Shown here in pieces: positions 28,441 through 36,413 of a stretch of DNA of 64,000 nt (the first letter of the stretch is position 1; each line of letters opens with the position of its first letter). Under the pieces are notes generated by a model that saw only the letters and a list, made by a program, of their open reading frames with translations, did not search any database and was not told the DNA's origin. The DNA is from Candidatus Limnocylindria bacterium (GTDB taxonomy: Bacteria > Chloroflexota > Limnocylindria > P2-11E): NCBI GenBank assembly GCA_038207785.1, contig JBBQZK010000002.1, positions 17,946 to 81,945 on the forward strand, in the 5' to 3' direction. The position numbers were made by a program, and so were the translations under genes.

Positions 28441-29240
28441 CGCGCGTCTTCACGACCTCCGCCCCAATGAGGATGATCACCGCCGTCACGTAGATCCATG
28501 TCAACAGTCCCGCCGCGAAGGCGAGCGCGCCGTACGCCTGGAAGATACCGAGACCGCGGGTGAGGAAGCCAAAGGCCACCTTGGCGATCTCCCAGAGCAC
28601 GGCCGATACCAGAGCGCCCCGGCGGGCATCGCGGCGGCGCACCGCGCGACGGGGAGCAAATCGGAAGACCAGGTAGAAGAACCAGAACCCGAACAGGAGG
28701 CCGACCAGGGGCGAGACGAGCTCGAAGAACAGCCGCACGCCGCGAAGCCCGGACGCCGCGAGCGCGTCGGCCGCGGCCTGGACCCCGAAGCTGACCACGA
28801 ATGAGGCCACCGCCAGCACGAGCACGAGGAGCACGAAGGCCATGCTGTTGAGGCGCTCACGGACGAAGGCGCGCTTGCCCTCGCGGCCAAGGATGTGTGA
28901 CATCGCGATATCGAGCGAGCCGAGGATCGCGGTGACGGTGACCAGCGTTCCGACCAGGCCGAGGCTCAGCGACAGCGCGCGGCCCTCGACCAGCTGGCCG
29001 ACCAGCTTCGTCTCCTGGCCGGTGGCCGCCGGCAACACGCCACGGACGATCGAAACGAGCTCGGTCTCGGCCTGCTGCGTTCCATAGATGAACCCGAAGA
29101 TACCGATGATGACCGCGAGGAGCGGGATGAGGGCGAAGAAGATCTGGTACGCCACCGCGCCGGCGAGGAACGGTCCGTCGTCGTCGAGGAAGGCGCCGAA
29201 GACGCGGCGCGCCGTTACGAGGATGCGGCCTCGCCTTTCG
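28433..29240 (-). CDS. YihY/BrkB-family membrane protein; 5' end uncertain
   Basis: Polytopic membrane protein (AVAYQIFFALIPLLAVIIGIFG...). In-frame upstream sequence RILVTARRVFGAFLDDDGPFLAGA matches the YihY N-terminal region but holds no ATG/GTG/TTG. It would overlap the 3' end of the FmdB gene. Confidence 0.6.
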
Positions 29241-29601
29241 GCCCCGCGGCGGGCGCATCGGACTTTTTCGTCTCGGTCTTCGCCGGTGGGCTCGGTTTCG
29301 TCTTGTCATCGGACTTCGGGCCGGCCTTGTCGGCCTTCTCGCCGGACTTCTCGCCGGACTTCTCGCCGGACTTCTCGCTGGCGTCCGTCGTGCTCCCGGC
29401 CTTCGGGTCGCTATCCTTCTGCGCGGGCCGGCTGTCCGTCTTGTACCAGCCGCCGCCCCTGAACACGATCGCGGGCGTGGCCATGAGCTTCCGCGGACGC
29501 TTGCCGCAGCTCGGGCACGTCTCCAACGTCGCGTCGGTGTACGACTGGACGGCCGAGAACGTGTGCCCGCAGTGGTCGCAGTGATAGTCATAGATGGGCA
29601 T
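29215..29601 (-). CDS. FmdB-family zinc-ribbon protein with low-complexity Lys/Ser/Glu-rich tail
   Basis: MPIYDYHCDHCGHTFSAVQSYTDATLETCPSCGK is the FmdB CxxC...CxxC signature. Its C-terminal SEKSGEKSGEKSGEKADKAGPK tail is encoded by a 12-nt tandem repeat. Confidence 0.6.
   Translation of the reverse strand: MPIYDYHCDHCGHTFSAVQSYTDATLETCPSCGKRPRKLMATPAIVFRGGGWYKTDSRPAQKDSDPKAGSTTDASEKSGEKSGEKSGEKADKAGPKSDDKTKPSPPAKTETKKSDAPAAGPKGEAASS
29329..29380. repeat. tandem 12-nt repeat (gccggacttctc x about 4) encoding the (SGEK)n tail of the FmdB-like protein
   Basis: Seen directly in sequence lines 29281-29400. Confidence 0.8.
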
Positions 29602-29640
29602 GTGCTCCCCTATCATCGCAGCACGGTGAGGGTCGGCGTG

Positions 29641-30618
29641 ATGTCCCGTCCTGCGGTCGGAGCCGCACGCCGCCGTCGCATCCTCGCCGAGAACCTCCTG
29701 GCGTACGCGTTCCTGTTGCCGGCCTTCCTCGTGCTCCTGGTCTTCCACTTCCTGCCGGGATTCGCCGCCATCTATATGTCCCTGTTCCGCTGGGACATCG
29801 TCCAGGGGCCGTTCCGGGGCCTCGACAACTATGCGACGGTGCTCGTCGGCTCCCGGTCCGAGGAGTTCTGGCATTCCCTGTCGGTGAGCCTGACCTACAC
29901 GCTCATCACCGTCCCGATCGAGCTCGTCGTCTCCCTCGTGCTCGCGTACCTCCTGTTCCAGAAGATGCGGGGCCGGGGCATCTATCGGACGCTCTATTAC
30001 CTGCCGTACATCACGTCGGCGATCGCGGCCGCCGTGATCTTCAACTGGCTGATGAACCCGAATTACGGGCTGTTCAACAGCCTGCTTGAGCTTGTCGGCA
30101 TCGGGCCGCAGAAGTGGCTCGATGAGCCGCGGGGCCTGTTCGAGCTCATCTTCGGCAGCTTCGGCGTAACTGTCCCCGGGTGGGCGCAGGGACCGAGCCT
30201 CGCGCTCGTCGGGGTCTCGCTCTTCACCATCTGGAAGTTCGTCGGCTTCCAGGTGGTCCTGTTCCTGGCGGGGCTCGGCAACATCTCGAGCGAGTACTAC
30301 GAGGCGGCGCGCCTCGACGGCGCCAGCGAGCGGCAGATCTTCACGAAGATCACGCTGCCCCTCCTCAGCCCGACCACCTTCTTCGTCGCGACGATCGGCA
30401 CCATCGGCTCGTTGACCGCCTTCAACCAGATCTACGCCATGACGAACGGCGGGCCGCTCGACACGACGAAGAACCTCGCCTACGAGATCTTCCACGTGTT
30501 CTTCCAGCAGGGCCGCATCGACCTGGGCGCGACCATGGCGATCCTGCTCGCCCTGCTGATCCTCGGCTTCACCCAATTCCAGTTCCGCGTGGTCGAGCGC
30601 CGGGTCCACTACGTATGA
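29641..30618 (+). CDS. carbohydrate ABC transporter permease (MalF/UgpA-like)
   Basis: ATG at MSRPAVGAARRRR... with GGTGAGGG upstream. Six TM segments and an EAA loop (YEAARLDGASERQIFTKITLP). Confidence 0.85.
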   Translation: MSRPAVGAARRRRILAENLLAYAFLLPAFLVLLVFHFLPGFAAIYMSLFRWDIVQGPFRGLDNYATVLVGSRSEEFWHSLSVSLTYTLITVPIELVVSLVLAYLLFQKMRGRGIYRTLYYLPYITSAIAAAVIFNWLMNPNYGLFNSLLELVGIGPQKWLDEPRGLFELIFGSFGVTVPGWAQGPSLALVGVSLFTIWKFVGFQVVLFLAGLGNISSEYYEAARLDGASERQIFTKITLPLLSPTTFFVATIGTIGSLTAFNQIYAMTNGGPLDTTKNLAYEIFHVFFQQGRIDLGATMAILLALLILGFTQFQFRVVERRVHYV

Positions 30619-30625
30619 GGGTCTG

Positions 30626-31486
30626 GTGACCGCCACATCGCTCCCGCGGCCTCGCGGCGTGGGCCGGCTCCGCGGACGGACGATCGTGAAGCACCTCATC
30701 CTCGCCGGCGTCGCAATCGTGATCGCGTTCCCGTTCTACTGGATGCTGTCGACGGCGACGAAGAGCTTCTTCGAGGCGACGACGTTCCCGCCGACCTTGT
30801 TCCCGCAGGAGCTCCACTTCGAGAACTTCGCCACCGCCTGGGGAGACGCTCCGTGGCGCACCTTCTTCACGAACACCGGGATCATCATGGTCATCGGCAC
30901 GATCGGCGAGCTCGTGACGTCGATCCTCGCCGCGTACGCCTTCGCCCGTCTCGAGTTCAAGGGAAAGGGCTTCTTGTTCCTGCTGTTCCTGGCCACGTAC
31001 ATGGTCCCGGCCGAAGCCACGGTCATCCCGAACTTCGTGCTGGTCACCAAGTACCTGCACCTCGGCAACACGCTGCAGGCGCAGATCATCCCGTTCCTCG
31101 CCTCGGTGTTCTCCATCTTCCTGCTACGCCAGCACTTCAAGTCGATCCCGAACGAGCTGCACGACGCCGCGAAAGTGGACGGAGCCGGGCACCTCCGGTT
31201 CCTCTGGACCGTCGTTCTGCCCCTGTCCATCCCCGTGCTCGTCACGGTCACCCTGATCACCGGGCTCAAGTTCTACGACGCGTTCCAGTGGCCCCTCCTG
31301 GTGACGAACAGCGACGCGGTCAGACCGGTCCAGATCGGAATGGCGCAGTTCCGCACTGAATTCGGGGCGCAATATCATCTCGAAATGGCGGCGGCCACCT
31401 TCGTGATCGCCCCCGTGGTCCTGATCTTCCTGTTCGCCCAGCGGTATCTCATCCAGGGGGTGGCGAGGACAGGTATCCGCGGCTAG
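30626..31486 (+). CDS. carbohydrate ABC transporter permease (MalG/UgpE-like)
   Basis: 286 aa with an EAA motif (LHDAAKVDGAGHLRFLWTVVLP). Confidence 0.85.
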   Translation: MTATSLPRPRGVGRLRGRTIVKHLILAGVAIVIAFPFYWMLSTATKSFFEATTFPPTLFPQELHFENFATAWGDAPWRTFFTNTGIIMVIGTIGELVTSILAAYAFARLEFKGKGFLFLLFLATYMVPAEATVIPNFVLVTKYLHLGNTLQAQIIPFLASVFSIFLLRQHFKSIPNELHDAAKVDGAGHLRFLWTVVLPLSIPVLVTVTLITGLKFYDAFQWPLLVTNSDAVRPVQIGMAQFRTEFGAQYHLEMAAATFVIAPVVLIFLFAQRYLIQGVARTGIRG

Positions 31487-31543
31487 CACGTGTTCGTATA
31501 CCCGGTGGAACGAGTCGGTCGGGGGAATTAGAGGAGGGGTCAC

Positions 31544-32872
31544 ATGCGGTTGAAGGTCGCGATCCTCGCGGCGGTCATGGTCGTCGCCACGGCGTGCAGC
31601 GGGGCTGCGGCGCCGGCGCCGGCCCAGTCGACCCAGGCGGACATCGACCTGAGCGGTCAGCCCATCGCGCTGACGCTTTGGCACACCCAGACCGGCGTGA
31701 ACGCGGCGGCGCTCCAGGCCATGGTCGACCGGTTCAACTCGACCAACGGCAAGGGCATCACCGTCACCCTGCAATACCAGGGCAGCTACACCCAGCTCTA
31801 CCAGAAGAACCTGTCGGCCATCCAGGCCGGCGCGCTCCCCGAGCTCGCGGTCGCGTACGAGAGCTTCGTCGCCGACTACATGAAGGCGGACGTCGTGCTC
31901 AACCTCGACCCGTACCTGAACTCCGCGAAGAACGGCCTCTCCAAAGAGTCGCAGGCCGACATCTACAAGCCGTACTTCGATACGAACCGGTTTCCCCAGT
32001 TCGGCAACCAGCTCCTGTCATTCCCGTTCACCAAGTCGCTGTTGCTCATGTATACGAACGACGACATCCTGAAGGAGATCGGGAAGAGCGCTCCGAAGAC
32101 CTGGGATGAGTTCGAGGCCACCGCCGCGGCGGCCGTCAAGAAGGGTGCCGACGGCAAGACCACCCGCTACGGTTGGGCGGTCACCATCGGCGCATCGACG
32201 TTCAACGGCTGGGTCCTCTCGCGCGGCGGCACGCTCATGAGCGCCGATCAGAAGACCGTCGCCTGGGACCAGCAGCCCGCGATCGACGCCGTCACGATGA
32301 TGAAGCGCATGATCGACAACGGCAGCGCGTATACGCCCAAGGGCTTCGACTACCAGACGGACTTCGGGACCGCCAAGGTCGCGTTCGTCCAGGAGTCGAG
32401 CACCGGCCGGCCGTTCTTCGTCTCGAGCTTCAAGCAGCCGATCAACTGGAGCCTGACGAGCATCCCGCAGAAGGACCCCGCCAAGGCGGCCACGGTCCAG
32501 TACGGGGCGAACGTCGCGATCTTCAAGAGCACGCCGGAGAAGCAGCTCGCCTCATGGCTGTTCGTGAAGTGGTTCGCGGACGCCGCGCAGACCGCCGAGT
32601 GGGCCGTGAAGTCGAGCTACATGCCGGTCCGCAAGACCGCCGGTGACACCGACACGTTGAAGAACGCCTGGAAGACGGACGTCCAGGGCAAGCAAGCCTT
32701 CGACCAGATCGGATCGAGCGTGCCCGAGCCGAACGTTCGCGGACAGCAGGACATCCGGACCGTCATCGAGGATCTCCTCAACGCGGTCGTCGCAGGCAAG
32801 GTCACCGACATCGCCGCCGGCGTGAAGGCGGCGGGGGTGAAGGCGAACCAGATCCTGAAGGACAACCAGTAG
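31544..32872 (+). CDS. ABC transporter extracellular solute-binding lipoprotein (family 1, sugar)
   Basis: Signal peptide with lipobox (MRLKVAILAAVMVVATAC). AGAGGAGGGG RBS. 442 aa. Confidence 0.85.
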   Translation: MRLKVAILAAVMVVATACSGAAAPAPAQSTQADIDLSGQPIALTLWHTQTGVNAAALQAMVDRFNSTNGKGITVTLQYQGSYTQLYQKNLSAIQAGALPELAVAYESFVADYMKADVVLNLDPYLNSAKNGLSKESQADIYKPYFDTNRFPQFGNQLLSFPFTKSLLLMYTNDDILKEIGKSAPKTWDEFEATAAAAVKKGADGKTTRYGWAVTIGASTFNGWVLSRGGTLMSADQKTVAWDQQPAIDAVTMMKRMIDNGSAYTPKGFDYQTDFGTAKVAFVQESSTGRPFFVSSFKQPINWSLTSIPQKDPAKAATVQYGANVAIFKSTPEKQLASWLFVKWFADAAQTAEWAVKSSYMPVRKTAGDTDTLKNAWKTDVQGKQAFDQIGSSVPEPNVRGQQDIRTVIEDLLNAVVAGKVTDIAAGVKAAGVKANQILKDNQ

Positions 32873-32901
32873 CCCGGGCCTCCAGGCACACACGGCGACC
32901 A

Positions 32902-32927
32902 GAGGGCGGGGCGCAGGCCCCGCCCTC
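32902..32927. terminator. bidirectional stem-loop GAGGGCGGGGC-gcag-GCCCCGCCCTC between convergent SBP and NUDIX genes
   Basis: 11-bp perfect GC-rich stem seen directly, followed by cttcgttgt on the plus strand. Confidence 0.5.
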
Positions 32928-32935
32928 CTTCGTTG

Positions 32936-33421
32936 TCAGGTCCGGCGCTCGCCATCCTGCAGCTCGGCGACGGAGCCGTCGGCGCGCGCGTCCAGTGCCG
33001 CGCCGAGGCGCCGCGCGAGCTTCGCCGAGAGATGATCGGCGAGTCTGGACCGCGGGACGAACGCGACGGCGCCGAGCTCGTCGGGCGGGAGCCGGATGCA
33101 CGCCGGGTCGTCGAGGACACCGCCGTCGTAGATGCACATGATGGAGTCGCCCTTCGGTCCGGCAGCGCGCTGGTGCTCGATGACCAGGAGCCGCCCGATC
33201 GGACGGTCGAGCCCCAGCTCCTCGCGGACCTCGCGGGCGCAGGCCTCGGGCGCGGTCTCGTGGTCCTCGACGATCCCGCCGGGAACCTCCCAGCCCGGCT
33301 TGTAGGTCGGGCGGACGATGCACACGCCGCCGGCGCGATCGGTGATGAGCGCTCCCGCGCCGATCCGCTTGCGCGGCAGCGCGGCGTAGAACGCTGGGTC
33401 CGCCGGCGGCGGCTCGGTCAC
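32936..33421 (-). CDS. NUDIX hydrolase
   Basis: Nudix box GGIVEDHETAPEACAREVREELGL. I propose a GTG start 5 nt after the valS stop. The upstream Arg-rich part of ORF 32936..34207 is rejected. Confidence 0.7.
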   Translation of the reverse strand: MTEPPPADPAFYAALPRKRIGAGALITDRAGGVCIVRPTYKPGWEVPGGIVEDHETAPEACAREVREELGLDRPIGRLLVIEHQRAAGPKGDSIMCIYDGGVLDDPACIRLPPDELGAVAFVPRSRLADHLSAKLARRLGAALDARADGSVAELQDGERRT

Positions 33422-33426
33422 GGCGG

Positions 33427-36147
33427 TCAGCCGAGCTTCGCGAGCTCGGCCTTCAGCGACCCTACGGCCGCCTCGCGTTCGGCCAGCTTCGCCCGTTCCT
33501 TCACGATCACCGCCGGGGGGGCCTTGGTCGTGAAGTCCGAGGCAAGCAAGGTGCGGGTCTTCTGGAGCAGGCCAAGCGCCTCGGCCAGCTCTTTTTCGAG
33601 CCGCGCTCGATCGCCGACCGCATCCCGGGGCACGTCGACCCGGATCTCCACGGCGCGAACGAGCGTCGGGGCCGAGTCGCCGCCGCCGAATCGGACGTCT
33701 GCGGTCGTGAGCGAGGCGATGATGTCGGCGAACGGCTCGAGCGCCGCAGCATCGCCGGCGAGAGCCACCTGCACCGTGGTCCGGGCATCGAGGTCCGCTT
33801 CCTGGCGACGTTCGCGGATGCGCCGGATCACCTCGATGGCGAGCCCGAACCGATCCTCCAGCGCAGCATCGCGGGCACCAGGCGTGGGCCACGCTGAGAC
33901 GACGAGGGACGGCGCGACGTCCGATCGTTGGCCCTGCGCCCAGAGCTGGAGCGCGAGGGTATCGGTCACGAACGGGATGATCGGATGCGCCAAGCGTAGG
34001 ACGCGGTCGAGCACGTACGCGGCGGTCCGAACGGCACTGTCCAGGGATCCGGCGGTCCGCCGCTGCGGCTTCGCGAGCTCGACATAGAAGTCGGCCACCT
34101 CGGTCCACAGGAACTGCTGGAGCGCGGTCGCGTACTCGCCGAACTGGTACTGCTCGATCAGCCGGGTGAGCTCCAGGACTGCGCCCTCGGTCCGCGAGAG
34201 GATCCACCGGTCGGCCTCCGTCAGGTCAGGACCCGCCGGCGCAACGTCGATCGGTCCGGTCAGCGCGCCGGGCCGGGCGTCGATCTGGGCGAGCACGAAC
34301 CGGCCCACGTTCCACAGCTTGTTCACGAACCGGCGGCCGTTCTCGAGCTTGCCTTCGGAGAACTCGCTGTCAGCACCGGCCGACACCCCGCTCACCAGCG
34401 CGTAGCGGAGCGCATCGGCGCCGTGGGCCTCGATCATCTCGACCGGGCTCACCACGTTGCCCTTTGACTTGCTCATCTTCTGGTGCCCGCCCGTGCGGAC
34501 CAGGCCATGGAGGTAGACGGCGTGAAATGGCACGTCGCGCATGTTCTCGACGCCCATCATCAGCATCCGTGCGACCCAGAAGAACAGGATGTCGTAGCCG
34601 GTCTCGAGGACCGAGCCCGGGTAGAAGCGCTCGAGGTCATCGGTCTGCTCGGGCCATCCGAGCGTCGAATGTGGCCACAGCGCCGAGCTGAACCACGTGT
34701 CGAGCACGTCGGGATCCTGCCGCAGGTCGGTGGACCGGCACTTCGGACAGCTCGTGGGGTCGTTCGCGTCTTCTTCGGGCACGACGATCGCATCGCACTC
34801 CCGGCAGTACCAGACCGGGATGGAGTGGCCCCACCAGATCTGGCGCGACACGGGCCAGTCCCGGATGTTCTCCATCCACTCGAAGTACACCTTCTCCTGG
34901 TACGTGGGGATGATGCGGACGGTGCCGCTCCTGACGGCCTCGATCGCCGGCTTCGCGAGCGGCGCCATCCGCATCCACCACTGCTTCATCACGAGGGGCT
35001 CGTCCACCGTCTCGCACCGGTCATGGATACCGACGTTGTGCGTGATCGGCTCCTGTCGCTGCAGCAGACCCTGCTCCTTCAGCCGGTCGATCATGGCCGT
35101 GCGCGCCCGGTCACGATCGAGGCCCGCGAGCGGGCCGGCGGCCGGCGTCATGAAGCCGCGCGTGTCGATGGCCGACAACACCTGCAGTCCGTGGCGCTGG
35201 CCGATCTCGAAGTCCGTCGCATCGTGCCCCGGGGTGACCTTCAGCGCACCGGTCCCGAATTCGCGGTCGACGGCCGGGTCTCCGATGATCTTGACGGTGC
35301 GCTCCGATACGGGCACGAGCACATCCCGGCCGATCAGCGCATTCCACCGCGGGTCGTCGGGATGGACCGCGATCGCGGTGTCGGCCACGATCGTCTCCGG
35401 CCGGGTCGTCGCGACCACGACGTCGGGCGTGCCGTGAGGCATCGCCTCCGCCCACGGGTAGCGGACGTAGCTGAGCTGATCGGTGCGCTCCACATGAAGC
35501 GACTCGAGGTCGGAGTAGGTCGTCTGGCAGGTCAGGCACCAGTGGACGATCCGGTCGGCGCGGTACAGGTAGCCCTTCGCGTACATCCGGATGAAATGGA
35601 TCCGCACGCGGCGCTGCATGTCGGGATCCATCGTGAAGTGCACCCGGGTCCAATCGAGGCTGCAGCCGAGCATCCGCAGCTGCTTGTAGATGCGCGGCTT
35701 GTAGTGCTCCATCCAGCGCCACATCTCGCCGAGGAACTGCTCCCGACCGAGCCCCTCCTGCGACGCCGGCGAGTCGGGGCCTTTCTTCTTTGTCCCGAAC
35801 TCCTTGGCCAGCTCCTTCTCCACGACGATCTGGGCGATGATCCCGGCGTGATCGGATCCCGGCAGCCAGAGCGTCGGCTCGCCGCGCATGCGATGCCAGC
35901 GGGCCATGAGGTCCTCGTAGCCGCCGAACCCGAGGGCGTGGCCGAGGTGCAGGTCGCCGGTCACGTTGGGGAGCGGCAGCATCATGACGAACGGCTTCTC
36001 GCCGGGCGTCTTCGGGCCGGGCGTGAAGAAGCCCGATGCGTCCCACCAGTCGTAGAGGAACGTCTCGACGGCGCTCGCGTCGAAGTTCTTTCCGCGGTAT
36101 TGCAGGACCGCCTGAGGTGGCGCGGGCCGCGTCGTCCGTTCGGTCAC
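33427..36147 (-). CDS. valS: valine--tRNA ligase
   Basis: HLGH-type motif (PNVTGDLHLGHALG), KMSKS (HQKMSKSKGNVV), C-terminal coiled coil. I propose a GTG start at VTERTTRPAPP... with an AAAGAGGA RBS. The further-upstream MVPRG... portion overlaps the terminator hairpin of the leader. Confidence 0.9.
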   Translation of the reverse strand: MTERTTRPAPPQAVLQYRGKNFDASAVETFLYDWWDASGFFTPGPKTPGEKPFVMMLPLPNVTGDLHLGHALGFGGYEDLMARWHRMRGEPTLWLPGSDHAGIIAQIVVEKELAKEFGTKKKGPDSPASQEGLGREQFLGEMWRWMEHYKPRIYKQLRMLGCSLDWTRVHFTMDPDMQRRVRIHFIRMYAKGYLYRADRIVHWCLTCQTTYSDLESLHVERTDQLSYVRYPWAEAMPHGTPDVVVATTRPETIVADTAIAVHPDDPRWNALIGRDVLVPVSERTVKIIGDPAVDREFGTGALKVTPGHDATDFEIGQRHGLQVLSAIDTRGFMTPAAGPLAGLDRDRARTAMIDRLKEQGLLQRQEPITHNVGIHDRCETVDEPLVMKQWWMRMAPLAKPAIEAVRSGTVRIIPTYQEKVYFEWMENIRDWPVSRQIWWGHSIPVWYCRECDAIVVPEEDANDPTSCPKCRSTDLRQDPDVLDTWFSSALWPHSTLGWPEQTDDLERFYPGSVLETGYDILFFWVARMLMMGVENMRDVPFHAVYLHGLVRTGGHQKMSKSKGNVVSPVEMIEAHGADALRYALVSGVSAGADSEFSEGKLENGRRFVNKLWNVGRFVLAQIDARPGALTGPIDVAPAGPDLTEADRWILSRTEGAVLELTRLIEQYQFGEYATALQQFLWTEVADFYVELAKPQRRTAGSLDSAVRTAAYVLDRVLRLAHPIIPFVTDTLALQLWAQGQRSDVAPSLVVSAWPTPGARDAALEDRFGLAIEVIRRIRERRQEADLDARTTVQVALAGDAAALEPFADIIASLTTADVRFGGGDSAPTLVRAVEIRVDVPRDAVGDRARLEKELAEALGLLQKTRTLLASDFTTKAPPAVIVKERAKLAEREAAVGSLKAELAKLG

Positions 36148-36159
36148 TTCGTCCTCTTT

Positions 36160-36370
36160 CTGCGCCGAGTACACAAAAGCCGTCGTCCGACAGGACGACG
36201 GCCGAGGCCCTCGTGGTACCACCTGAGTTCACGACCCTCGATCGCTGCGGGCGAGGGCCGCCTCATCTACGCCGTAACGGGCGCACCCGACCCCACTCGC
36301 GAGCGACGTTCCCGAGGCACGACCGCGGCCCGCTTCCAGCCTGCTGGCGGGCCGTCTCTATCGGCTGCGC
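36160..36370 (-). promoter_or_regulatory. candidate T-box riboswitch leader controlling valS
   Basis: On the minus-strand RNA, in 5'-to-3' order: an AG-box AGAGA (about 36355-36359); a GUC Val codon in GGGAACGUCGCUC (about 36305-36307); an F-box CCGUUA (36275-36280); a T-box-like AGGUGGUACCACG with UGGU (36211-36229, consensus GGGUGGNACCGCG); then the terminator hairpin and U-tract, RBS and valS. Confidence 0.5.
36172..36201 (-). terminator. intrinsic terminator (CCGUCGUCC-UGUC-GGACGACGG + CUUUUGUGU) of the valS leader and of the upstream sensor gene
   Basis: 9-bp stem followed by a U-rich tract on the minus strand, 25-50 nt upstream of the valS GTG. Confidence 0.6.
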
Positions 36371-36413
36371 TCGGTACTCTTCCCGGTCTTCGAAGGGTAT
36401 GGACGGAAGTGTA

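Noticed and set aside
36148-36222. valS start at MVPRG (36222)
   Set aside because: It would place the terminator hairpin and U-tract inside the coding sequence. The GTG at 36147 has a good RBS and a typical ValRS N-terminal length.
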